Assembly: GCA_002633005.1 (NCBI GenBank)
Contig: NMRA01000070.1
Coordinates: forward strand, 1,058,036-1,122,035
Length of the DNA stretch: 64,000 bases
Direction of reading: 5' to 3'
DNA from: Phoronis australis
Lineage: Eukaryota; Animalia; Phoronida
Position 1 is the stretch's first letter. Every line of letters starts with the position of its first letter. The position numbers were made by a program, and so were the translations under genes. The notes under the pieces were generated by a model. That model was not told the DNA's origin. It did not search any database and saw only the letters and a program-made list of their open reading frames with translations. This document shows positions 1 to 13,662 of this stretch, one piece after another.

Positions 1-601
1 ATGCAAGCGTATCCAAATACAATTAAATGTATTTTCATGTGAAACCATTCAATGTTCTTTGAACATTGACTTGTGTGAGTTCTTAATTTTCTTAAATCTG
101 CCCAATCAGGTAGAACTGCGTTTCAAGTCATTCGCTTTAGGCACCGGAGGGTTCAAATTGGAAGTTTGCGTCGTATGACATCGTATGACGTCATATGACG
201 TAGGAGATGCGAGCCCCATTTGCATATATAAGTGACATCTGTTGGTTCAAAAAAGAGGCTCATGCCCGAGTACATGCCTGGGAAGAGGCATCTTTTGGAA
301 GGGTAAAGCATGTCACGTTCAAAGCATCCCAGTGCCAGTAATATGCAGTCTTTGAGGACCAAAGTGGTGTTATTTTATAGCTAAAGAGTTAATCTTTCAA
401 AACTAATGCTTGGATTCCATATAACTTGAACATTTACTTTTAAAATCACGTTTGAAATCACGTTAAAATGCGCTAAAACAGTTGTCCCTTCCTGGTTATC
501 TCTTCCTGACTGTACGTAATGATTGAAAGTCCCCGCCGATGTTAACAGTGCGATAGTGGGGAGTAGTGAGGAAAGTCCGCGTAGAGCCGCCGCTTGCAGA
601 C

Positions 602-850
602 ATGTAAAGATGCTTTTGTGTGGGCTGTACTAACAGCAACTCGACTGAGAAGGTGTCTGTGTTCAAAATTCCTAAATAGCTGAAACTTGCAAAGAAATGG
701 CATCGCTTTGTGCTCCGCACGAGGGCGTGAAATGTCAGTGTGGAAAATGGGATTCAGTCGGGAGCCACAATATGTTCGGCACATTTCAAGGAATCGTGTT
801 TCGACCAAACACAAAAATTGCGCTACGTTAAAGGAATCTTTACCTTGTAA
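602..850 (+). pseudogene. Decayed THAP zinc-finger domain (DNA transposon relic)
   Basis: Reading through stops from ATG 602 gives M*RCFCVGCTNSNSTEKVSVFKIPK*LKLAKKWHRFVLRTRA*...ATICSAHFKESCF. This is the THAP C2CH signature (C-x4-C, F-x-x-P, W, C-x-x-H-F) with 3 in-frame stops. Confidence 0.8.
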
Positions 851-1551
851 GTGTACTTGCAAATTTTATAACTAACGAACAAACTGCTTTCATTCCAGGA
901 CGAGTAATCCTAGGCCCCGGCCAAGATCGAGTGCTACGACTCGTAGGCTTATGCATTGTGTTTAGAACGAGGGCTCACTCCGTCATGAGAACAGCTAGTG
1001 AGTATGAGTGACCCAAGTTTACTGTGGCCTTTGTCAGTGATTATTAAGTGTCTATTTTGTGAAAACTCACCACCCCTTGGCTCAGTTGTTTGTGGCTCAC
1101 ATACATGTATGTCTGCAGCATTTCTCGTACAAGTGGGTCGAGTTCATATGGCCTTAAAGCCGACGACGTTTCACTAAGTGGGAAATAGAATTCATTGTCT
1201 GATTTTTCAAGTACATCTGTAATTGAGTGTGATGCCCGTATCCCCTCTCTTCTGTGTCTGCAAAATAATTGTCCAGTTCTCGCTCAAAATCGTCCTGGTC
1301 TTCTGGTTTGCTTTGTTCCGTCATTGCAATTGACTGTGAAGTGACCAAACGTCTTCTACCCACATCATTTGGCGGGAAACTTGGAAATAACCATTTTTTC
1401 TTCAAAGTTGAAAACCTCGAGACTATTTGGCATAAAAAGTACTTACTTATTTAGATTTTATGATATTTATTTCATATTAGCTAACTAAAATCTAAAAAAC
1501 TAAGAAAATGCATGGTGGGAACTTTTTAAAATCCTAGTACACGTTTTTAAC

Positions 1552-1950
1552 CCTTATTAAATGGTTAAAAGAAATTATAAGGAAGCATGCAGAACCTATC
1601 CCATAACCAATAAACAATCTGCTGTCGAAGAAAATTTAAATAAAAGCGCCACTCCCGATTCCGCACCGAAGAACACACCGCCATTTTGAACCAACTGCAC
1701 AACTGGAAATACACTTCATTCAGGAACAAAGGCTTGAAGTCTTAGAAGCACACGTATTAACTCTTAATAAATGATTAGAAAAAAATACAAGGATCCACAC
1801 AGAACCTTTCCCATAACCAGTGCACAATCCGTAGTAAAAGAAAGTTTGAGTAAACGCACCATTCACGATTTCGACCGAAGAACACACCGCTATTTTGAAC
1901 TAACCTCGAAACCGAAAGTACAGTTTATTCAGGAACCCAGGCTTAAGAAC
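1552..1950. repeat. Diverged tandem duplication, unit about 210 bp
   Basis: agaacctatcccataaccaa...ccgaagaacacaccgccattttgaac...ttcaggaac (from 1591) recurs as agaacctttcccataaccag...ccgaagaacacaccgctattttgaac...ttcaggaac (from 1801). Confidence 0.8.
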
Positions 1951-2028
1951 GTCGGCTGTGCGACTAGAGCAGTGTCTGTCACCAGCCCGCAAACGGGAAT
2001 AAAATCATCGACAGCAGACCTTAACTTA

Positions 2029-3437
2029 CAGTACAGCCACTGAATTGTTAGACTCTCTCCGGTGTCTCTCCGGTCTAGCCACCCGTAACCGGAGACAGAC
2101 CGGAGAGTGAGGCGTGAATCAACCGTGACAGCTGGCGTGAGCCTAAGCGTGCCTGTATCCGGAGCTTACCGTGAGTTAGGCGTGAACGAAGCTCCAGCCA
2201 GCCGTGAGCCAGCTAGGCGTGAGTTTACCTGCATCGCAGATGAAAAAGTAATTTATTAAAATTGTATCAGTAACTAGCCGTGATGTGTGTATTCTCATAG
2301 AATTTTGCTCATGTGAGGTTTATTTTTTTTTGAAATCGTCACGGGCAGTAAAAGACCAAAATTTCCGTCGCTTCACGAAACAGACCTGTGAGCTTTACTT
2401 TTCACTCATATATAATTATATATAGTTTTTTTATATAAACTAATAAAGAATTTTAACACGCGTGTACATGGCGGAATTATTCAATTGCCTTCACGATATG
2501 AAGGAGCATAGCATGTCAATTCTGAGTACATTGATCCCAAGTTCCAGCATCATGCGGAGAAAACTGATCGCGCCCATGCATTTGACGAGTCAAACAGATG
2601 ACCCCTATTGTTATTTTAGTGAAGAATTACCCCGGGGATACCGTGTACTCAGTCGGAACGCATGTACTACGGAGAGGGGCTACAAATTATTGAACTGCAC
2701 TACGGATTGAGGACTTTTAAGTCAAAACATTTGCTTGCAGTAAGGGATGGGTATGTCAGAATGGCGGCCTATTGAAATTTTCTGTACGCCAGTACGGTGC
2801 AAAAAGTTGCAGAGTGACACAATACTTCACAAGAAGCGTAGGCTATTTTCATGGCGAATAGCTATATCCACCTGTGGCAAGTTTCAAAGAGTCCACAGCC
2901 ATGTGAAGATGACTCTGGACACTGCGTCGCGTTCATTCGTATTTACATGTACTAACCGTGGTTACTGTACATGTACATGTATGTCGTTGATGGGACTAGC
3001 TCTTAAGAAGTAAATTGAACATGTACATGTAAGTGTAACACAAGACGAGCTGAAGGAAGACGTTTGTATGAACAGAGTTAGTCGGAACCGAAGTGTGATA
3101 GATGACTGCTTGCAAAGATACTCTATAATATACTATAATGTCTTTGCAACTTGACCGAAAAGACAAACAATCAAGACGTTACATGTATTTTTACTGGTTA
3201 GCCCGGTGCCCGACCATGGTTACGACAGCTACCAAATGCGTGAAGAAAGCGTGAGGTAAGCGTTAACGAGGCGTGAGGAAGGCGTTAACTAAACCGGAGG
3301 TAAGCATGAGGACTACTCGGAGAGTAGGCGTGATGCGACCGTGACTGATTTCTGTCACGCCTGCGTTCCGGTTGCGCTCCGGTCTGGCCAGGCGTGAGGT
3401 AGCCCGGACGAAGTCTAAAAATTCAGTGGCTGTACTG
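2029..3437. mobile_element. Non-autonomous TIR DNA transposon, Tc1/mariner-pogo type (TA target duplication)
   Basis: Left end TA|CAGTACAGCCACTGAATTGTTAGACT and right end AGTCTAAAAATTCAGTGGCTGTACTG|TA are inverted repeats. Many subterminal (G)GCGTGA repeats at both ends. No transposase ORF seen. Confidence 0.8.
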
Positions 3438-4503
3438 TAAATAAAACCTAAATAGGGGCAACATGTACTGAAATTGTTGACAAAATGTGTCAAAATGAAT
3501 TTTGACAAAAGTTATTAGAATTTATTGTTACAATTTGCTCTCAGAAATTTCTAGAATCTCTAGAGTGCTTTGACCCCAGAACCAAAGTAGTAAACACCAT
3601 CTAAAATTAGATTTCGACGGTAAAATACACGTCAACAAGTTTGACCCCATGATTTAAAAGTGCATAATATGCACAAATTTTGGGCATCTTTAAATGGATC
3701 TATTCTTACTAATTATTTATTATATAATAACTGTTGCCGTGTGAAAATACGAAAGAATGTTATGGTATAGTAATCTTTATTTCTGTTCCGTGGCCCAAAG
3801 TAGCCCATGAACACAGCGAAAATAAAGTCTGAATACTTCTGAATACCATACAAAACTTGTTCGAATCTTGTCTGCAAAGAACAAGAAACAATTAATTAAC
3901 AAAGTGGCTGACACGGAGGGCCAACAAAAGACACACAGAAAACAGACCATGGAAAAAATTATATACAAAAAATTACGGCAAATTAAATACAATACTATCT
4001 ACACAAACATACAAACTAAGAGAAATGAAAATGTACTAACTGCATCCAAAACAAAGCAAATGATACAGATAACGAAAGAAAATACTCACTAGTACACGAC
4101 AACAGTAAGCGACTTGACGCTTCAAATGATGCGGGCAGAGTGAAATGGCAAACCAGTGAAACAATAGACTAGAAAGTGCCTAGCGTCGAGGCAGAAAGCT
4201 AACGCTAAGCAAAACAAGAGCCCTCACATTTGAAATACATAATGAACACAATAACCTGCAAATCATCCGTAACAATAACCAATATTTATTCTGACAAATA
4301 ACCAGGCCGAGTATTGCGGACTAGGCCAAGCGTGTTTTACTGGTTTTAACAGTATAAACATAACAATGGATATGCAATATCAAAATAATTGAATAAATAT
4401 GCTATACAGCTAGAATATCCTGACGATTAAGTTTGCAAAAATATCGAAAATAAATTGAAACGGACACTGAGATACCGGCGGTGATCTCCCGCTACTTCCG
4501 TTA

Positions 4504-7500
4504 TAGTCAGGTTCACTATGTCCAAATTTTGACATTCGTTGTATACATTTTTGGAAACCTCATGGAATGACGAAACACAAAATAATTGATTCCATTTTTG
4601 GTGGCCATCTTGGCGGCCATCTTGGATTTTCAAAAATGGCACCGATAAGATGCATTTTCCCCAATATGTCCGCCCTTGGATCACTGAGAATGTTAGTTTT
4701 TATGGCTACTCCTGTAGCTCTGAGCTCAATGAATTGGAAGTTTTAATTTCATTGGTGGCCGCCTTGGAAGACTTATTGGAATTTCAAAAATGGCGCTCGT
4801 TAAATACATTTTGCTCAGTATCTCTGCTCTTGGGTCACTTGGAATGTTAGTTTTAATGGCTGCACTCACATCTTATGGGGTAAGGAATTGGAAAACACTA
4901 TTTCTAAACTGTACCCTTTAATTTAAATCATTTTTAATAGCAATACTACGAACCCCCAGAATATTTAAAAGAATCACAGAAACGCAGATTAACCTTTATT
5001 TACAGTATATATCTATATCTTTATGAAAAGACATTTGAGACATATCTTTTGAAGATTTCGATATTATTTCCACTGTTCACTTTGGAATCCAGCTCTCTTC
5101 TACTCAATGGAAATACATTTTGCCTTTGACAGTCTGATGGCAGATAATTTTGGCAGTAACCAAGCTGCTGGCCAACCTACAACTCACTGATCAGTCTCTC
5201 ACTGAGTTTGGTACCTTGCCACTATCCCCAGAGGTGGCGCAGAAGTGGTCGACCATGCTAAGAGTTGTTGTGCAGACGAGCCACTTGAGGAGGCTGTTTG
5301 TTGACGAAGCTCATCCAACTGTAATTTCACGTGACATGGGTCTATACCAGAGGGTTGTGCAGCTCCTAGATACCAGATCTGAACGTAACAGTGAACCCAA
5401 AACTTGGAGAATTACTTGCTGTAATGGCATTTCTGAGAGCTCTTCGGACCTCCATACAGAATTATGGCATAGATGATGCCTGGATAGAAGCCGACGTCTT
5501 AGGCACAGCAACAACTAGACAGATTCTACTCAGCCATGGCAATCCAGCTACAGTGCAGGGTCACCAGTTGTACGACATGATCACACGTGCCTATGTCCCA
5601 TAACAGCATGACACAAAGATCTCGTATTCTGTTGACAAGGTCAGGCACTGTACTAAGATTATGTCGCTAAGAGAGTCAATGAAGATAACAGCCTTTGGTC
5701 ATCAATAAAAAAACTAAACAATAAGATGCTCATATCAGGGTACAAGAAGGCAGCCATAAAATTCCGTGACGTCTCCATGAATTTCAAGGAGCCCATGGAC
5801 GTGTATGACAGGCTGCTGGTACTTGTCAAGTTAAATTGGCAAATCGACCAGAAACATGCTATCAGCCATGACTATGAATTCACTCTAACACCAGCAGAAA
5901 TCTTTGCTGCCAGTGGGGCAATGCTGCCATGCACAGACAAGTCGAATAGAATCCACCTTCTGAAGAAACTTTACGAAGCAAACGTCTTAGAGCAGGACAG
6001 TCCTCGAGCTGCAAGAGAAGTTTTAGATCCAGAAAACATGTAAACAACGTCCACTGAGTGTGTTCACCCAAGCCACAAAACTGCACGTGTGGATAGTAGG
6101 GAAGTGGTGTTCTCAACCAGAGATTATGACATATCAGTCTGGTTTTTGACAACTACAAAGACAACTCTTTGACACAAGCCACAAGAGAAAAATCTAGGAG
6201 GCATAGAAAGGGCCATGTACAGTACCAGATAAAAGATGGGACTTACATACAGAAAACCCCAATGAGCCGTTTCCGCTCCCATGACCAAAAAAGGCCCAAC
6301 TTACTGAATATATGTCTGCAAAGGCACTTGCGTATACAATGTAGCAAAGACTCTGTCAAGATAGCCATTACTTCTGTTTCAGCATGCACAAAGAGCAACT
6401 GACGTGATCTACGTTTAGAAGAAAACAATCACAAAAACGCAGATACATTGCTAATAATTCATGCAGTTCTGGCATCACATCCAAACGTCCCTGATTTTCA
6501 GCTGATGTTTTTTCACCCGACACAGATTTACTGGTATTCGTCATTGCCTATTATGACAGGCTTCTCAGAAATACTTCAGTCTCCATGGCATCTGGGATTG
6601 TGGACAATATTATGTGCTGTCCGAGCAAAGACTCTTCCGGCTTTTCATGTGTTTACATTCACGGAAAACACTGTTCCATTGTGTAGGTTGAATATATATT
6701 TGAAGGCAAACACTGATGATATCAATGCACTGCAGGCTCTTGTACTGGTTATAAAGTAACAGGTGAGCCTCTTTTCACATTAGTACCCTTTTACATGTGC
6801 ATACTCACCAAAGGGTATAGACACAAATACCGGTAGCATCCCAGCGCTGAGATGATACCTCTTCTGTAAGCATGTGGCTGACAGCGACAAACCTCCACCA
6901 ACCATTGGTGCTTTGAAGCAGCATGTGCTGAGGGTGTTTATTCAAGCAAGAATGGGGGGCCAGGCAGGTATTGCTCGACAGGCGTTCCTTGACCCATTGA
7001 GGAATGAAATTACAAGGACAAAGATGACCAGCGGAAACCCTCACAACTGAGGAGCTTCCGGTGCCAGAAGCTATCATTGGAATGGTTAGATGCCAGTGCA
7101 AAGATGCACTTGGCGAACAAAGGAGCTACGTTACACAGACCTGTGTCAGTGTAATGAAGAATATCAGAATGGTGATGATGATGTGATTCCTGGTGACAGT
7201 GATGATGATAGTAATGATCTATAGACTGATTTAAAAGTTGTGAAAGACTACTGACACTACAAAAAACATACTTTCATGTTCTGCAAACGTAAATAAGTTG
7301 CTTAGATACTGATTTAGTTTAAGTGTCTTGAAGGAAATAAGCTCCAAGCAAAATATACAAGAAAGTACATGTAAGACAGTGATCATATGTGTTGGATTAC
7401 ATAAAGAATACATTTAGAAAATGTTGCTGCCAATAAATGGGGTTTTGATTATATTCAATAAGTTGCATTTTCAGATTTCTTGGCCACATCCATTAAAACT

Positions 7501-7847
7501 AACATTGTAAGTGATGAATCAGCAAAGATATTGAGGAAAATGTATATTACGGGCACCATTTTTAAAAATCCAAGATGGCCGCCAATAAAATTAAAATTTC
7601 CAATTTTGTGACCTGAGAAATGCAGGTGTAGTCATAGAAACCAACAGTCCAAGTGACCCAAAATTGGAGATATTGCGCAAAATCCATTTTACCCGCGCCA
7701 CTTTTGAAAATCCAAGATGGCCGCCAAGATGGCCGCCAAAAAACGGAATCAATTATTTTCTGATTTTTCGTCCCATGACGTTTCCAAAAATGTTTAGTTT
7801 CCACTTTCCCAAAACAAACCAACAGAATTACACAACAAACCCGACTA
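4504..7847 (+). mobile_element. Academ (AcademX-type) DNA transposon, internally deleted and decayed
   Basis: TTA|TAGTCAGG...CCGACTA|TTA gives TAG/CTA termini with a 3-bp TSD (TTA at 4501-4503 and 7848-7850). Imperfect TIRs of about 350 bp (4504-4860 vs 7490-7847). Interior holds Academ/XPG/Cys-finger coding remnants. Confidence 0.85.
5150..7160 (+). pseudogene. Frameshifted Academ transposase with XPG-like nuclease and C-terminal Cys-rich finger
   Basis: Motifs in order across frames: LGELLAVMAFLRAL...GIDDAWIEADVLG; NHKNADTLLIIHA (EEADT-like); SPDTDLLV; LPAFHVFT; PPTIGALKQHVLRVFIQA; MVRCQCK...TDLCQC. Confidence 0.75.
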
Positions 7848-10029
7848 TTAGGTCCTGACGTTGACTGCCAGCAACTAACTTACAATGAACGACAGAATAC
7901 CATTTGATGGCGAAATCACTTCAGGAAGGAAACTTGCCATTGTGCCAAATATTAGTATTGATGAGTTTTTTGGTAAAATTAATAATTCCCTCTTAGCCAT
8001 AAACATTCGTATAAGCTACTACCCGGCGGAGTCAGACCGTCTGGCCTGCCGTTTGCGGACATCTGTGTTCCGCGTGGCAAAATGAACACATTAATTAGCA
8101 ACCCGGGCCTTGAATGAATGAAATTCACGTGACAAAGAGATTAAAAAATGCTGCGTCACGCTCCAATCACCGCAATATTTTACCATCGCTGATATACATG
8201 TACATCTCTGATATACACCCCCGCCCTGTTTTGGGGTGCGGAATTTTTATTCATGTATTTAGACAACAGAGGTATGTATTGTCAGTTTTTGTCACCTTAT
8301 AAAATATATTTTCCCTAATCAAAGCCAATTTAGCAGCAGATTATTTTCCCGGCGAAAGGTCACTGCAACTGTAGGGGAATCACTTCGCTGACATGTGTCC
8401 GGGCAGCCTAATCAAGCACAGGTGCGCGATATTGCATTTGAGGTGTGGCGCTTACTATTTTGAGACAAAACACGTTCTTGTTTGTTGAAACATCGCCGTG
8501 TGTGGATGTTTTTTTTTCTATTTTACATTTTTGACGGCCAGTAAAGCCGGTGCAGATTTGCTGCCAAGTGCGCACTGCACTCACACGTCAGGGTAGTCAC
8601 ACGGAAATTGCTCACTTCAGGCTGGTACTTTGCTTCAGTTTCACGACATGGCGATAAAGATAAGAAATTTGCTGATCAATTAAGTTTTTCTTCTGATTTA
8701 TTACTTAAACGGGTACTGTCGTATGCATGTACATGCACAACACCCTCGGGGTCAAAACTGCGTTTTGTCTTTATTTTCTCCGGCACCGTTCTTTCACAAG
8801 TACATGTACACCTCGTTAACTCAATATTATTGCGACTCGGTGAAGGAAAGGACTAAGAATACATACAAAGAGGCTCTGTACCTGGAAGGAGATTCAATTT
8901 GAGTGTCATCCTTGTAACTTTTGACCTAGGATAAGTTATAAACAAATTTCCACACGGTTGTGGGGTTCCAAAGTGGTTCTGATAAATCTTTTTTTTTCTC
9001 GCTACACGGTATATATTTTGTATTTGAAGTTCCCCGAGAATGAAGATAAGGTACATTGTATTTTGCTACTAACGTGTGAAATATTGTAAAAATGGCCATT
9101 TTTGCCAAGGTTTGAGCTATCCTTGAACCACAAGTGAAACTCGCCATGTTGACTATTTAGCCTCCTTGAATTCAGAGTTTTGCGTATGTTTTGGAAAATC
9201 CGTCGCCAATTGACCAATCACAATCTAGACAATTTAATGAGATCAAGTAAGGACAAGGCTTCCGAGCTTTATACAGGATTATCCATGGACGCGCATTTGT
9301 GCCATTAGTGCATACTAAAAGGCACAAGTACATTACAATAGTGCCCCCCATACTGGCGCATCTTTGAAAACGCAACCCCTCAAAAATACACGATTCTAGT
9401 CAACTTACTGCTACAGCACACATCACGAATTTTTGTCCTACTGGTCGGAAATTGGTCAACGACCGGTCGTCTAGCCGACCAGCAGCCGACCATCAACAGT
9501 CTGCTAGGAGTCGTCAGCTACGTCGCCTCTGCGGTAGGCAGTTGGGTCGGCAAACTGTTCGCCTAACCGACCGATTTGGATTATGCATATCCTCAGTCGG
9601 CAGTTAACGTTTTACAATGTATGTAGCCGATGAACTTTGGACAAACAAGGTACATGTATCAAATTTGCTGTTCGTTCTCCTGTGGCCACTCTAGTGAACC
9701 CCTTGTTTATTGACATTCTCTTGACTGAAGAACTTATGAAGTGCGTGGAATCAGAACAAAGTAACTATTTTCAGGAATTACCGACGGCGTGGTAAAATAA
9801 AACGTTAAATGTTCTAGGGTGAATATATTTTCGAACTTTGGCCATGAAGTATTTTTTACGTACAACAATGAAGACACGTTGAAATGTTACAGTGAAATTG
9901 TATAAACACTAAAAACAACGCTTTACGTGTTACGACAGCAGGGGTTTTAAAGCTGGGTAATGTTCAAAGAATACATCTGCAGCTCAAAACTGTAGTATAA
10001 GATGATCACTTACTTAGAAACGTGGTAGG

Positions 10030-10255
10030 TTGTTAGCAGACGTTTCGACGTGGTCCGCCAGGTCTTTGTCAATGAATGAGGGATTTCCCGCCTTTCGATG
10101 GTTAAGAATGTTTGAATACATGGAAGGTAAGTGATGGCCTCGGTCCCGGTTCAAGAGGGGCCGCTGAATGCTGGTGTTTATTGGCTCATTTAGCTTGCGA
10201 GCATACATGTACCAGTTCTGTTCTTTAGCTAGGATCTGGATGCCTAACTCGCAAT
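10030..10255 (-). mobile_element. Penelope-like retroelement 3' fragment (GIY-YIG C-terminus plus pLTR)
   Basis: Minus strand IQILAKEQNWYMYARKLNEPINTSIQRPLLNRDRGHHL resembles the PLE GIY-YIG tail (IL..E..W..R...EAI.I....P.LNRD.G). It is followed by a hammerhead-like motif. Confidence 0.65.
10033..10078 (-). ncRNA. Minimal hammerhead ribozyme, U3-A8 core variant (degenerate)
   Basis: Minus strand UUGACAA-A-GAC-C-UGG-CGGA-CCA-C-GUC-GAAAC-GUC. Stem II is intact apart from one mismatch; stem I has only about 2 bp. Confidence 0.55.
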
Positions 10256-10709
10256 TGTACCATATTATAGCTATTGCTTTTGGTTACCACTGACTTCATC
10301 CTGTATTCGCATCTTCCTATTGAAAATTGTTATATTTTGTATAATTTTCTAATATACTGTTGATCGAGAAAAGTTTATTTTGGAAACGTTAACAACTGGT
10401 TGAACACCAGCGAACATTTGAACGTCACCGATGCATGGACATGGCGAAAAAATTGGTTGTAGTGTCAACAGTATCCATTATTCATTGTTCGATGTCACTG
10501 TCGAAGTTCGTAAAAATCCTAACCATACATGTATGATTGCGATGTTTCCGCCTTCTGAGCCCGTGAGAACAGGCTTACAATAATGTGTGACACAACAGTT
10601 TCTGTCAGCAAACACTAAATTAGCATGAGCTCGTCAATTAGTTTTATTGCACCTAAAGCCGGTAACGGTGAGAATAATTCATTTTAAACAGAACGCTAAA
10701 CGCCAAAAT

Positions 10710-11274
10710 ATGGCAACTCGCAATCCCGACCTAGGACGAGCTAGAGCTCATCAGTCCCGACTTCGCAGGTGGATCGTTATGTTGTACAGGCTATCAATTC
10801 GAACAGGAATACAGTGATGAAGAAATACTAGAGAGGCGCCGTGAACAAGCTCAGACAACAGAACGTATGGAGTTATTTGGTAAGCCGGCATTCGTCAGGC
10901 ACTGTCGACGTCTGCATGCCACAGACATGGAGATGTTTCACGGCCTCATACTTGCTATTTACAGCGTGCATTTCATTCTTCACTACCATGAGCCACTTCC
11001 TTAAGCATTTCGGACTCTCGGGGAAATAACAAAACGATATACCCGCTTTCCTCGCAGCTGCTTAGTTCGGACAAGCGGGAACGATGCACCGCAACATAGC
11101 GGCATTCACTCTATATATGAACCACTGACGTCGCTAGCGTCGTTTCTCACCTTCCTCACAGGTTAACGTGACATCTCTCGGCAAGGTAAGGTCGACCGTA
11201 TGCGAGGCCAAGTGGATATTGACCGATTAAGACGGCAAAAAAGACTAATTAAATCGGGTGGCATTCTCCTTTAA
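10710..11274. mobile_element. Kolobok-like DNA transposon relic with THAP N-terminus
   Basis: Minus strand from ATG 11097 reads MLRCIVPACPN*AAARKAGISFCYFPESPKCLRKWLMVVK (first half of a THAP domain). A convergent plus-strand remnant reads GYQFEQEYSDEEILERR. The right end is CCTTTAA (TTAA-type terminus); the left end was not found. Confidence 0.5.
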
Positions 11275-13662
11275 GAAGCCAAGTACCACAGATCGTCATG
11301 CTAAAAAATAGAAAGACAAAGATTCTGAAGATTGAAGAATCTATACTTTTCAGAGACGTTTTACTATAGGTTTGTTCGGAGTTAATTGAATCAAAGCTTC
11401 TAACACATGGAGATGTCATTTGCCTTTCAAAAATAAAGCAAGATTTTGAACCTATTTTTCAGAAAGCTGGTGTGCATGAAGTTGCGTGTATTTGGATAGA
11501 CAATATTAAGAAACGACTGTTGAAGCTGCTCACTGTTGCAGTTTGTGCCGAACTAAGAGATACCGTGAATTGAGGCTAGTTTTCAATAAGTCACTGGTTT
11601 ACACACTAATTAACACAGTCCATTATAACATGTTTTGAATAAAAAATTTGCCCAAATCCTACCTGGGGGCGGATCCAGGATTTTGATTTGGGGTGCCAGG
11701 GCAGAATATTAGCCAGGATTTCGCCTGTCAGACATTCGCACCCCCGTAAATAGACATCCCGAACTTCTCCAACCCTGTTATTTCGTTTTATTTTTGTATT
11801 AAAAAAGTGTGAGCTGTAAATTTTATTTGTTGGTTTAGTCATAGAAAGAACATACTTTGATCATTGCCATGTATTTGTTTCATACTGTTTGCTAAACGCC
11901 GTCAGAATAACCTGTTATTTTTATAGTCTGTGTGTGTACATTCACAGAAATCATTCAACTATACTGTTTTTGTATAATTTATTTCTGGTGTATTATGCAA
12001 ACAAGCTACATTTTACACCATTAGTCAATGATTCAGTCATTGAGGCACAAATTTTGCCTAGTTTCAAGTGTTGTGTGTTATTAATTTTTTTGTTGCCACA
12101 CAATGCCAGAATAACATCCTAGTAACATTCCGACTGAGTTCGTATTTCTGCCACTAGGTGTCACTTTACATTTTAAATCTCACTGTTTACAATTAGTTTG
12201 CAATAGTGAAATATGTAATGTGAGTGTATTATTGTTCAGTGCAATGACATTGATGGGACCATATTACTTGTTTTACAAAAAGATGGCAAAACTGTTGTTT
12301 TTACAAATATAAGTTCACTAAGCTCTTAGGTGACAATTATGTAACTTCAAACTCATATTTCTCAAAAATGTGCACTTTGTATGTGTGAACTTTTTAGATT
12401 TTAAAACACTCTAGTAAATGAATTAAAAAACACCAAAATAAAATTGCCCCCCTAAAGTACTCATAAAAATCATTTTCTAGAAACTGAAATCTTGGCCCAC
12501 CGCCTAATAATTTGGCAAGGTACCGCTAATGAATAATGACGTAACGGCTTGTGCGTGAGAGCACAGATTTCATCCATTGAAAGTAAACGGCTTTGGCAGT
12601 CGATGTACTATAGTCTATGATGGCATTCTCTAGCGTATCTTAAGAATGCCTTCACATGCGCGTGAGTATTTATAATCAGTAAGCTAATATTTCGCTGCAT
12701 GCCTTGGACAAAGGGCAATAGCTTGTACATGTACATGTATATGCCTGTTTCATATGCCATTGTTTCGCTGCACCCCAGGCTGCAGGCACTATACCTCTGT
12801 ATACTGGACACTCAATTGACCAACAGAGCACAGCTAACGGAAGACAAAGCAATTTTCCGGAAGTAGTTTCGCTCAAGCAAGGGATGTTATTGTCGGAAAG
12901 TAGTTACACTTATTAAAATCACCAAGTACTGACAAAAAAGCCAGTGCTAGGTTCATTTTCGTATTTCATTTCATTCCAGTCCCTATTTAATATTACAAAA
13001 GTTTTGTATTTGTTATTAATCTTGTTGTGAACTATTCTTGCACTAAATGCTTGGTCATGTCAAATTACCTAAGTACTTAACACATTGGAATTAGAGACAA
13101 ATAAATACAAATGAGCTAGATGAGTGACAATCATGGATATACACACCATTAACAAACGGATTGGTTAAAGATGAAAAAACACCAAAATCAAAAACTGGAG
13201 AGTGAGAATACAATGTTAAGCTAATAAAAATATATCATTAAGCCAGCATTAAAAATTAATCAAAGTAAGTTCTTCTAAAATCGTGTCTTATTAACCAAAA
13301 ACTTTTCTCGGCTAAAAGTAGAAAGACTTGAAAATGACTTTGAAATGCACACAATTTCCTCAAGTACATTCCAATCTTAATTGTTAGGCCCACTGTTGAA
13401 ATTTCTTTGGTATCAGTGTCGTTGTTGGTTATTTGTTCACTGTTTACACCGTTAATTTAGTGTCCCACCCAACCTAGACAATTGTATAGGACCCTTACAT
13501 TACATTTGTACATGCTCATAACTTCACAAACATGGTTCCAGCTATAGTGTATACCTGAGGGTCATTTGATCGTTAGTGCTCTCTTATTGTTGGCAAGAGC
13601 AATGACCTGGTTTCTGTGACGTAATATTTTGCTCTTTATGACCTTGCCTGTTTTATGTACAT

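Noticed and set aside
8870-8960. Segment shared with about 24890-24990
   Set aside because: Ordinary interspersed-repeat fragment; ends and family could not be defined.
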